Shown in pieces: positions 1-8,137 of a stretch of DNA of 64,000 bases. Location of the stretch: contig OZ255836.1 of NCBI GenBank assembly GCA_965277715.1, forward strand, positions 4,064,001-4,128,000. Direction: 5' to 3'. Under the pieces are notes generated by a model. The model saw only the letters and a list, made by a program, of their open reading frames with translations, did not search any database and was not told the DNA's origin. The first letter of the stretch is position 1. The number at the start of each line of letters is the position of its first letter. Position numbers and translations under genes: made by a program. The stretch is from Gammaproteobacteria bacterium (lineage in GTDB: Bacteria > Pseudomonadota > Gammaproteobacteria > JBCCGL01).

Positions 1-963
1 GTCGAGGTTAAACCGGTCAATCGGTATCATTCCAATGCCGGTATGGTGCTTGGTGTTATAGTCATTTTCTACCCATTCACCGGTCAGCGCGTTGAGTTTA
101 TCCAATGACTCAAAGGTTACATGTTGGACTAAAAACCGATCACGGAATCCCCGAAAGAACCGTTCGATTTTACCTTTTGCTGCACCGTCCCTAATGGGTG
201 CATGGGACAGATGAATATTCAGGCGCACACAGGCTTGTAGTATTTCTTTAGAGGTGTAGTTGGCCCCGTTATCAAAGTAGAGTCTTTCGGGTTTACCGCG
301 TTTAAACAGAGCGGCTCGAAAGGCCTCCACCATGTTGTCGGTATTATCCCGATAAAAGAATTCGCCGTGGGTAATGACCCGGCTGGCATCGTCAATAAAG
401 GCGATCAGAAAGGTCTTTTTCCATTTGCCATCGGGTTGTTTGATTGAAGGCCCATACAGGGTATCGGCCTGCCAGAGTTCATTGGCAAACTGCATAGAAA
501 AGGATCGTCGAAGTTTTTGTATTTGTTCACCATTAAGCAGATCATTTTCTCTAAGCATACGATAGAAAGAGGTTTGTGAGAGTTGGCTACGCTGAAAGTA
601 ATTGCGCTGAAGTCACTGGCGATAAATGGCCTGTTTTGGAACGATGCCTATTTTATTGTGACTTAACGTTGGAAGGATGTCATTAATGGCCTCAGCCAAT
701 TCGTTGAGCTGGATTTTCCGGTAACTGTTTTTATCCGCGCGGGTTTTGCTATCAAGTGCGGTGACACCGTGTTTTTTATACCGGTACAACCAGGTGCTGA
801 TGGTTCGCCAGGTAAAGGTGTACTGGCACCCGGTTTGTTCGTCGTGGAAGGTACGGTTGGCGACCTGTTTGATGCGTTTGCGGATCGACTGGCCGGGCGC
901 ATAATCGACAGCGCTTAAGACACGCAGCCTGAGTTCGAGGGGAGGATGTTGAGTGGATTTCAT
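1..963 (-). pseudogene. DDE integrase/transposase (rve, Mu/IS481-like) with in-frame TGA at 613-615; runs off the window edge
   Basis: ATG at 963 gives an HTH-like N-terminus (TWRTISTWLYRYKKHG). After TGA at 615-613 the same frame continues LQRNYF...NELWQADTLYGP...FLIAFIDDASR...LYFDNGANY...KGKIERFF, i.e. the D-D-E catalytic motifs. Confidence 0.85.
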
Positions 964-1177
964 GTTAGACCTCATTAAACGATGGATGAGGTTGGGGATG
1001 GTAGAGAGCGCCATGGTGTTAAACGAGTGACGGATTCTGTTGCAAGAATAGAGGAGGCGATAAAGCCTCATGGTTTTGCGCGGCGGTGGATGATAATGTG
1101 GTAATGCCTATTTGTGATGGTGGCTCATATTTGGGGTGTATTGGGTAAATCAGCGGGTATCCTGATGATGGTAAACG

Positions 1178-1741
1178 TTAAATAAACGCCGTTTGTCGGC
1201 GGTGCTGGTAGTGGGTGCAGGGGTTGGTGGGTAGAGTTGAAAACAGGGTTTGCAGGGTAGGCAATACTACTCTCAAACGTCGTGTTCGCGTCTTGAAACG
1301 TTCGGCAAGGGAGGGTGCGTGTAAGGCGAGTCCTTGTCTGAAGTTCATCAATTTAAGGCTTAGCTTATGTAACCAACGATACGCATTGCGAGGGTCTTTA
1401 GTACCGGTAGCGGCTTCATAGGCCTGTTGAATACTACACAATGCGATCAACGATAAAAGAAAGGTAAAAAGGTGCTGAGTGGAGTAGCGAAGGGAGGGAA
1501 TGGTCTCGGCCAGATACAGTCTACGAGTTGTGCCGCAGCCCGTTTTTGCGTGTCGATTCGTGCAGAAAATGCGTTTGCCGACAACAACTTTCTGGGTGCT
1601 GGAGATCTGTTTGTAGACAAAGCCGTGGGAGACAAACGAGTTGCATTTAAACCAGTTAGGGCATAGTAGCTCATCCTGATGGAGGTCAAGTTCCAGGGTG
1701 TAGCGATGCAGGGTGTCAACGTTATCAAAATAGGTGCGCAT
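1178..1741 (-). CDS. DUF6431-like Cys-rich accessory protein of the DDE element
   Basis: Motifs CPNWFKC...SHG and RIFC...GCG.T...IPSLRYS; lies directly upstream of the DDE gene on the same strand, the usual arrangement for DUF6431-DDE elements. Confidence 0.6.
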   Translation of the reverse strand: MRTYFDNVDTLHRYTLELDLHQDELLCPNWFKCNSFVSHGFVYKQISSTQKVVVGKRIFCTNRHAKTGCGTTRRLYLAETIPSLRYSTQHLFTFLLSLIALCSIQQAYEAATGTKDPRNAYRWLHKLSLKLMNFRQGLALHAPSLAERFKTRTRRLRVVLPTLQTLFSTLPTNPCTHYQHRRQTAFI

Positions 1742-1934
1742 AGTGGCGATTGTAAAGTGCTAAAGGGCTTTTACGCCGCTGATCAATTAAGTTAATGGCG
1801 TTGAACACCCCAGGGCATAATATTTTCAGTAGAAATTTGTGTTGCCACATTACCGTTATAACGCAGTGATGTTACTACGATCAGAATGTGGTTGAAAAAC
1901 GGCGGTTTGTACAACAGTAGCTTGGTAAATAACA

Positions 1935-2018
1935 ATAGCCTATATCAGAAAGCAGTTAGACATCGGAGAGTTCTATGAGATGATGTACCAGATTGAAAGT
2001 CAATTGAACAGTGAATAA
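1935..2018 (+). pseudogene. 3' remnant of an interrupted gene (IAYIRKQLDIGEFYEMMYQIESQLNSE*), possibly the C-terminus of a Y1/RAYT-like transposase
   Basis: Open frame starting at the putative TE end, stop at 2016-2018, followed by CTGGCCTGACCC. The family assignment is a guess from context. Confidence 0.3.
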
Positions 2019-2093
2019 CTGGCCTGACCCGAATGGCACTTCCTTAAGCTCTAAGTACATGAAAAATATGGAAGTACTTTCATTGTAAATGAC

Positions 2094-3482
2094 CTATTTC
2101 TGTTTTTTGGGATGGCCATATTTTTTAACAACACTTCTGGCCACGTCCCTTGGCTGCATCAATAAACGATATGGTTTGGGTCTTCGTTTAACCACTCTTG
2201 GTTCAATACGCCCCGGTCGATTACCCACACAGTTTTCTGCAATCAACGCACATAGCGCCAACACCTTATCACTACCCAGAGGGCTACCGCCTTTCTGATA
2301 ACGATACGCTACCCAAATTTGTAACGTATGCTTAAAACTTATCTGTCGAGGCAGTATGTCCACTAGTAAAGCAGATTGCGCCATTAATAAGCGAATAAGG
2401 TTGTAAGCTAATATGTGTACCCACATTTCCTTCTCAACCATTTCTGGCGTCTTACAACGGAAGGTGTGCATCTTCATTGTCGTTTTTATATGGCGTAAAT
2501 CAAGTTCGACATGCCAGCGTTCTTTGTAGAGCTGTTTAAGCGCCTCTTTAGACGCCGATTTAACTAATAACAACGTTGTCACCAACAGTTTTTTACCCAC
2601 TTTCAGTTCACGTATAACCACTTCATCAGCAGCCGCTTCATAGGCTTCTTCGCTCATCCACTCTGGTCTTTTCTTGGGCTTTGTATAACAAATCAGATGA
2701 TCCTTCGATCCAAGCCTTTTGCCTTCTCGAAAATCTGTGGATTTACGCCGCGCACCATGCGGCTCAAATACACCGTCTACTCCTTGCTCTATAAGGTTTG
2801 CTAGAAAAAAATAACCCGCAAAATAGGCATCACCCACCACAATATCACCCGGTTTAAGCGCATTTTGTATTTTTCTCAATAACGTTTGCTCATCCGCTCC
2901 CTTACCTTTAAAAGGACCCATTGCCGCATCGAGAACACCACCACTGGCTAAACAAATAATTCCTACCCAGCGACAAAGAGGAAAACCGATCCCCACTTTC
3001 TGGCCTGACTGTTGTGGATAAACTACCTGATTTTCAGGCGTATCGGGCATTGTCACAGTGGTGCCGTCAACCAATTTAACTGAACGCCCTTGCCAGTGCC
3101 AGTGACTGGCCGCTTCATTCGCCACACACTCGCCTGTACAACGGGCAAGCCCTGAGACGAGGGGGGTTGGCAGCCTTTGTCGCGCTTTACAATAACTCCC
3201 TGTATACGTATTACTCACTGATAAACCTTCACTTAATCGCTGTACAGCGAGTGTGTTGACAGCTTGCTGGCAGGACTGATCTGCACTCATTGTTTGGTAT
3301 AAAAACAGCGATAAGGTGTCTAGAGGAGGATAGCGACGCGCTCGAAAATCCGGTTGTAATTCTTCCAGTTTCGTAAGTAACTGAGAGGATGTCAGCAAGT
3401 GATAAAAACTCAATGCATCCGAGGATTGAGCTCGGCTTTTGATGCGACGTTGAAGAATGTTGACTTTTACATTATTCTGCAT
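2094..3482 (-). CDS. IS4-family DDE transposase
   Basis: LVDGTTV (D1), VGDAYF (D2), YKERWHVELDLRHIK (IS4 YREK signature), C-terminal RPGRIEPRVVKRRPK. Confidence 0.93.
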   Translation of the reverse strand: MQNNVKVNILQRRIKSRAQSSDALSFYHLLTSSQLLTKLEELQPDFRARRYPPLDTLSLFLYQTMSADQSCQQAVNTLAVQRLSEGLSVSNTYTGSYCKARQRLPTPLVSGLARCTGECVANEAASHWHWQGRSVKLVDGTTVTMPDTPENQVVYPQQSGQKVGIGFPLCRWVGIICLASGGVLDAAMGPFKGKGADEQTLLRKIQNALKPGDIVVGDAYFAGYFFLANLIEQGVDGVFEPHGARRKSTDFREGKRLGSKDHLICYTKPKKRPEWMSEEAYEAAADEVVIRELKVGKKLLVTTLLLVKSASKEALKQLYKERWHVELDLRHIKTTMKMHTFRCKTPEMVEKEMWVHILAYNLIRLLMAQSALLVDILPRQISFKHTLQIWVAYRYQKGGSPLGSDKVLALCALIAENCVGNRPGRIEPRVVKRRPKPYRLLMQPRDVARSVVKKYGHPKKQK

Positions 3483-3486
3483 GATG

Positions 3487-3555
3487 GCTGGTTCCTATGG
3501 GATAAAGGGTATTTGTGTTGACAACAAATAACCTACCATAGAACCAGCTTTTTTT
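3487..3555. promoter_or_regulatory. Long hairpin over the transposase translation start region, followed by a T-run on the + strand
   Basis: GCTGGTTCCTATGG...CCATAGAACCAGC with inner GGTATTTGT/ACAAATAACC pairing, then TTTTTTT. Confidence 0.55.
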
Positions 3556-3596
3556 GTAATTACTTCAAATACTTACAGCTTAAGGAAGTGCCATTC

Positions 3597-3687
3597 GGGT
3601 CAAGGCAGTTATTTCCTATATTTCTTGCTGGAAACCACTGTTTTTATCCGTATTAGTCGTTGTATGGTGAATAATAAGCCTGACCCC
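3597..3687. repeat. ~91-bp mini-element with imperfect inverted ends
   Basis: GGGTCAAGGCAGTTATT...GTGAATAATAAGCCTGACCCC; its right end resembles 2011-2030 (GTGAATAACTGGCCTGACCC). Confidence 0.6.
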
Positions 3688-3718
3688 CTTGCTGGACCCC
3701 CTTGCTGACCCCCTTGCT
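3680..3718 (+). repeat. Three tandem copies of CTGACCCCCTTG
   Basis: ctgacccccttg-ctggacccccttg-ctgacccccttg read directly. Confidence 0.85.
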
Positions 3719-3806
3719 TTTGTTCAAATTATGTAGGTGGTGATCATCGCATTCCGCCAGGTCTTTTTTAGGAAGTTGAGTGAAATTTACAATGAGAAAT
3801 TTCGTC

Positions 3807-4361
3807 ATGAAACATGATTCTTTTTTTATTGTGCTATTGCTGCTTTTACTTCAGGGGTGTGTGCCGTATGTTAATCAGTTTAACTATATATCGTTGGTAG
3901 ATGTACCCGATATTCAAGTATTAGAATACGGCAAATATGAACCTGGGAAAATTTTTTCCCACGAGGAAATGCCGGTTAAATATGAATTACCCAGGGCGTC
4001 ATATAAACTGTATTTTGAAATAGATAGCTACAGTGCAGGTAAAGTTTTGATGGTATGGTCAAAATCTAGCTCTGACGATCCCTTAGATGTAAGAGCTGTC
4101 GATGTTGAAGGGAGCTGTGGTGGATTCAGGAGTTACCGGTCAAAAAATGAATATTGGAACGCTGTTAGAGCGAAGTATTATTCTTGGGGAGCTAAAACTC
4201 GGAACTGCACTTCTGAAGGCAGTAGTTATCAGCTTGATGTTGATCAAAAATATCGAGTGATTGCATTTGAAGTTTTGGATGGAGAGATTGTTTTAGGTAA
4301 AGAGGTAATCCCGTTTAAATGGGTAAACAACGGTTACTATGTTCATAGTGATTCGTTGTAA
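3807..4361 (+). CDS. Hypothetical AT-rich lipoprotein
   Basis: MKHDSFFIVLLLLLLQGC signal peptide with lipobox LQGC; AT-rich relative to core genes. Confidence 0.75.
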   Translation: MKHDSFFIVLLLLLLQGCVPYVNQFNYISLVDVPDIQVLEYGKYEPGKIFSHEEMPVKYELPRASYKLYFEIDSYSAGKVLMVWSKSSSDDPLDVRAVDVEGSCGGFRSYRSKNEYWNAVRAKYYSWGAKTRNCTSEGSSYQLDVDQKYRVIAFEVLDGEIVLGKEVIPFKWVNNGYYVHSDSL

Positions 4362-4479
4362 GTAAAAATCATACGGAAGATAGGGTAAAAAGGAAAAATA
4401 GGACAGGCACTATATAGAAATATGCAAGGACATCCCGAGAAATTGGAAATAGCGCCCAAGAACAAAAGGGGTCAAGGCA

Positions 4480-4686
4480 GAATGGCACTTCCTTAAGCTG
4501 TAAGTATTTGAAAGTATTGGTATTACGTGCTTGGTTCAGATAACTTGGCATATGGTTCTTGAAAGCAATATTTGTAAAACTATCCCGGTTATCATTGGCG
4601 GCAACTTTCAAAATATCATTTTTTTCTTAGAAATAATAAATAAACTCTTTACTATCAGTTGCTTACGTCTTAAGGAAGTGCCATTC
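4480..4686. mobile_element. 207-bp MITE with the same ends as the IS4-family element
   Basis: GAATGGCACTTCCTTAAG at 4480 and CTTAAGGAAGTGCCATTC ending at 4686; the first ~33 bp match the IS upstream end; no transposase. Confidence 0.88.
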
Positions 4687-4713
4687 GGGTCTAGCCTTTC
4701 TGATAAGCGCTTG

Positions 4714-5304
4714 TCAATGGTAGCTTCTTAACATACCCACCAAAATACCTTGAATGGTAACGCGCCCTGCCGCGTAGTACATCGGCTGCATATCGATATT
4801 TTCCGGGATTAGTTCAATCTTTTCACTGACCTCCCCAAGGCGCTTCAGTGTCGCCTCGTGTTTATCAATCAGGGCGACGACAATGTCCCCACGCCGGGCA
4901 AAGTTTTGTTTTTGTACAATCACCGTATCGCCATCCATGATGCCCGCACCCGTCATCGATTCACCACGAATACGCAGCGCGTAGCGGTTGGGACCAGCAA
5001 AGTGGGTAGCCATGTCCAGCGTCGTTGGCTCTTCAATCGCCTCGATAGGCTGTCCGGCAGCAATCGTGCCGAGCAAGGGGATACGCGTGTGTGTATGTTC
5101 AGTGTCTGCCAGCCGGATACCCCGCCAACCGGTTTGCTGCTGCACCAGGTGGCCTTTGTCAATTAAGCTGTGTATATAGCGGTGTGTCAGCGATCTGGCC
5201 TGCCCAAGTGCTCCGGCTATTTCGCTGATAGTGGGGCCTTGTTGATATTCGTTTTGGTAGTTTTCGAAGTATGCCAGCACGCGCTTTTCATTTTCTTTCA
5301 GCAT
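4714..5304 (-). CDS. lexA: LexA-family repressor with non-E. coli-type recognition helix
   Basis: N-terminal wHTH (PTISEIA), Ala-Gly cleavage site IAAGQP, catalytic Ser (GESM) and Lys (ATLKR). Confidence 0.88.
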   Translation of the reverse strand: MLKENEKRVLAYFENYQNEYQQGPTISEIAGALGQARSLTHRYIHSLIDKGHLVQQQTGWRGIRLADTEHTHTRIPLLGTIAAGQPIEAIEEPTTLDMATHFAGPNRYALRIRGESMTGAGIMDGDTVIVQKQNFARRGDIVVALIDKHEATLKRLGEVSEKIELIPENIDMQPMYYAAGRVTIQGILVGMLRSYH

Positions 5305-5338
5305 TCTTGTTCACTCGATGAATCGAAAACATAGCATA

Positions 5339-5361
5339 GTGAATGTCCACCGAACGTTCAA
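5339..5361. promoter_or_regulatory. Candidate LexA operator (11-bp direct repeat; GAAT-N7-GAAC and GTCC-N7-GTTC)
   Basis: gtGAATGTCCacCGAACGTTCaa, 35-57 bp upstream of the lexA start. Confidence 0.45.
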
Positions 5362-5382
5362 TGTTTTTCAAACACTTTTATT

Positions 5383-5397
5383 CGGTGCAATTCTTGC
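5383..5397 (+). promoter_or_regulatory. Possible sigma54 promoter for the parA-cheW genes
   Basis: CGGTGCAATTCTTGC, GG-N10-GC spacing. Confidence 0.35.
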
Positions 5398-5470
5398 TGT
5401 AATCCGGCTTGTATGGGCAGGGTGGTAAATCGATTAATTTAGAGTTGAGCAGGGGATAGATTTAAACGCA

Positions 5471-6277
5471 ATGAAGGTTTGGTCGGTTTGCAACCAGAAA
5501 GGTGGGGTGGGTAAAACCACTACGGTGGTGACACTGGCGGGGTTGCTGGCGCAGTCCGGTGCAACAACACTGTTGGTGGATCTCGATCCACACGGCTCTA
5601 TGAGCAGTTATTTTGGTATTAACCCGGATGAGACTGAAGACAGTGTGTACGGTCTTTTTGAGCAGGGCGCCAATACGCTGAGTGTATTGGCGAATATAAG
5701 GAATACGGCATTTGAAGGTATTTCCCTACTGCCAGCCTCGACAGCACTGGCCACGCTGGACCGTCAAATGAGCACGCGCCCCGGTATGGGGCTTATCATC
5801 AAACAAGCCTTGAAACGGGTTGAGGCACACTTTGACTTTGTCATCCTCGACTGCCCGCCGGTGCTCGGTGTGCTGATGATTAATGCCCTGGTTGCCTGCC
5901 AGCAGTTGTTGGTGCCGGTGCAAACGGAGTTTCTCGCTCTAAAAGGGCTGGAGCGAATGCAGCGTACACTGTCGATGATCTGCGCATCGCGCACTATTGA
6001 GCCGCAGTGGATGATTGTACCCACCCTATACGATCAGCGCACACGGGCTTCGGTGCAAACCCTGGCCACGTTGCGGCAACATTATTCACAGCGGATGTGG
6101 AATTCGATGATTCCGGTCGATACACGATTTCGCGATGCCGCTAAAGCGGGCAAACCACTATCTTATTTTGGTCGCCAGTTTCGCGGTGTGCAGGCGTATG
6201 CAGCGCTGTTGGATTACCTGTTGATGGATGATATGCCACTTGCCAGAGAAGTTGCGCAGGTGGCCGAGTGCGGGTGA
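5471..6277 (+). CDS. ParA-family ATPase, chemotaxis-associated (ParC-like)
   Basis: NQKGGVGKTTT deviant Walker A, DLDPHGS, LDCPP, PVQTEFLA; upstream of CheW genes. Confidence 0.9.
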   Translation: MKVWSVCNQKGGVGKTTTVVTLAGLLAQSGATTLLVDLDPHGSMSSYFGINPDETEDSVYGLFEQGANTLSVLANIRNTAFEGISLLPASTALATLDRQMSTRPGMGLIIKQALKRVEAHFDFVILDCPPVLGVLMINALVACQQLLVPVQTEFLALKGLERMQRTLSMICASRTIEPQWMIVPTLYDQRTRASVQTLATLRQHYSQRMWNSMIPVDTRFRDAAKAGKPLSYFGRQFRGVQAYAALLDYLLMDDMPLAREVAQVAECG

Positions 6278-6285
6278 CCCTGTTC

Positions 6286-6987
6286 ATGGTAAATAAACAG
6301 CCTTATTCCATAACCTATACGCCAGCGCCTCCCGGTACGCGGGTAGTAACCACGCAACATTTGGCATTGACTACCTACCTGGATGCTCTACTGGCTAAGG
6401 CAACAGAGCCGCCGGTGCGTGTGATGCCACGTACCTATCGATGTCAGGATAATATTGAGACGTTGTTTGATACGGCCTTATCTGAACCGCAACAACCTGA
6501 CGATGTGCCCTCGAAAAAACATAATTTTGACTTACCCACAGCCTGCCTTCAGTTCAGCGTAGCGGGTATAGCGTATGCGCTACCATTAATTGATATCTAC
6601 CGTATCACACGCTGCACACAGCGAATAAGTGCAGTACCTGGCAGATTGGTCGGGTGCGTGGGCACGCTGGTTGAACAGGGAAAAAGAATCGAAGTACTCG
6701 ACCTCCCAGTGTTGGTAGGTGGGTGTCAAAATAACGGCTTTAAAGACGAAAATGAAGCGATAGCCCATTTACTACAGTTTGGTGGAGGTGGTTTGGCACT
6801 GATCGTGGATCAACTGGGTGAGGTGATCAACGTGGGTGTGAAAGATATTCAATGGCCGATAGAAAACCATACTGATCGATGGCGGGCTGGCTTTATAAAA
6901 CAAACGCTTACTACACTACTGGACATTGATGGCCTGAGCCTGACGTTGGCTCAGGCACGCCACCGTTGCCCGCACGGTGTGCAATAA
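6286..6987 (+). CDS. CheW-like domain protein (ParP-like)
   Basis: N-terminal ALTTYLDALL motif and C-terminal CheW-like region (CLQFSVAGIAYALPL...LLDIDGL). Confidence 0.7.
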   Translation: MVNKQPYSITYTPAPPGTRVVTTQHLALTTYLDALLAKATEPPVRVMPRTYRCQDNIETLFDTALSEPQQPDDVPSKKHNFDLPTACLQFSVAGIAYALPLIDIYRITRCTQRISAVPGRLVGCVGTLVEQGKRIEVLDLPVLVGGCQNNGFKDENEAIAHLLQFGGGGLALIVDQLGEVINVGVKDIQWPIENHTDRWRAGFIKQTLTTLLDIDGLSLTLAQARHRCPHGVQ

Positions 6988-7040
6988 CGCTTACTTTGAT
7001 TATTCAGGGTCACTTTGTAGTGACTGATAAGTGATGAGCT

Positions 7041-7071
7041 TGGCGCAATGCCTGCCTGGCACAGTTGCTGC
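7041..7071 (+). promoter_or_regulatory. Tandem sigma54-like -24/-12 motifs upstream of cheW
   Basis: TGGCGCAATGCCTGC (7041-7055) and TGGCACAGTTGCTGC (7057-7071). Confidence 0.45.
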
Positions 7072-7112
7072 AGTTGCTGACCTCTATCAGTAATGTGTTA
7101 CCAGTGGAGAAA

Positions 7113-7571
7113 ATGATGAACAATGTAGCTCAGCAGATTGCCGGCGCTTTTACCCAATGGGTAACATTCAGGCTTGATGGAGAAACGTATGGTGTCAATG
7201 TGATGGATGTTCAGGAGGTGCTGCGGGTTACAGATATTGCCCCAGTACCAGGGGCGCCTGATTTTGTACTCGGCATCATCAATTTACGCGGCAATGTAGT
7301 GAGTGTGCTCGATACACGGCGTCGGTTCGGTTTGCCGACAGTTGAAAACAGTGATGCTACGCGCATTATTATCATCGAATCGGGTGGGCAGACTGTGGGT
7401 ATTCGTGTCGATGCGGTGGCGGAAGTGCTCGATGTCGATAGCAGCGATATTGAAACCTCACCGGATGTTGGTAACGATGAAGCGTCCAGGTATATTTCCG
7501 GCATGGTGAGCCGTGGTGATGAACTGGTCATTTTGATCGACGTCAATAAGATGATTTCGGGGGATCAGTAG
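7113..7571 (+). CDS. cheW: Chemotaxis coupling protein CheW
   Basis: QWVTFRLDGETYGVNVMDVQEVLR...VPGAPDFVLGIINLRG; RBS GGAG before ATG 7113. Confidence 0.93.
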   Translation: MMNNVAQQIAGAFTQWVTFRLDGETYGVNVMDVQEVLRVTDIAPVPGAPDFVLGIINLRGNVVSVLDTRRRFGLPTVENSDATRIIIIESGGQTVGIRVDAVAEVLDVDSSDIETSPDVGNDEASRYISGMVSRGDELVILIDVNKMISGDQ

Positions 7572-7601
7572 CGCCATGAATGACTATAGAGGGCATACAC
7601 A

Positions 7602-8027
7602 ATGACCACACTTGAATTGGGGGTTGTCGGTTTTACCTGCTTAATGCTGTTGGGGTGTATTGGCGTATTGTTTAAACTGCACCTGTGTTGGAAACACATT
7701 TATCAGCGTGAGGCACAACGCAATCAGGATTTTGAAAAATGCTGTAAAGAGCTGGAGATGCTGGCCTCGGGCAATATGGGAATAGGGCGGCATGTGGCGC
7801 GTATTGGGCGTGATATGAATAGCCTGCGGGAAAAAGTTGAACGGCTCGATCAAATCCGCGTTGAACCTGTCGCCTACGATCAGGTTGCCCGCCTGGCGGG
7901 GCAGGGCACTGATATTAAAGATTTGGTGAGTGTGTTTGGTATTTCAGAAGCTGAAGCCGAATTGGTTATGAAATTAAACACCGATAGCGAAAAAATCCGT
8001 GGGTCTCTCTCCACAACCACCCACTAA
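7602..8027 (+). CDS. DUF2802-family protein
   Basis: N-terminal TM helix, coiled coil, C-terminal YDQVARLAGQG...GISEAEAELVMKL; usual position after cheW. Confidence 0.8.
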   Translation: MTTLELGVVGFTCLMLLGCIGVLFKLHLCWKHIYQREAQRNQDFEKCCKELEMLASGNMGIGRHVARIGRDMNSLREKVERLDQIRVEPVAYDQVARLAGQGTDIKDLVSVFGISEAEAELVMKLNTDSEKIRGSLSTTTH

Positions 8028-8137
8028 TCCCTATTTTCTCAGATATTGATAAGCCTATTTAATTATCAGTATTTGCTTTTCCTTGTTAGTTGGTCTACTA
8101 GAGTAAGGAACGTTAACCACAATATGGAAGCCTTGCT

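Larger units (their letters stand above)
1..1934 (-). mobile_element. Partial DUF6431-DDE transposable element, putative end at 1934
   Basis: The minus strand reads 5'-TGTTATTTACCAAG from 1934 (TGT terminus typical of this class). The other end is outside the window. Confidence 0.5.
2031..3596 (-). mobile_element. IS4-family insertion sequence, 1566 bp
   Basis: Perfect 20-bp terminal IR GAATGGCACTTCCTTAAGCT at 2031-2050 and 3577-3596 (26/27 bp when extended), enclosing the transposase. Confidence 0.92.

Noticed and set aside
613-615. TGA recoding (Trp/Sec) in the integrase
   Set aside because: TGA terminates many intact genes here and no SECIS-like context is evident; a nonsense mutation is simpler.
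3680-3718. Tandem 12-mers as a CRISPR array
   Set aside because: No spacers, too short, and no cas genes.
4369-4731. ORFs 4369-4611 and 4531-4731 sharing LKEVPF
   Set aside because: The shared peptide is simply the translated IS/MITE inverted repeat.
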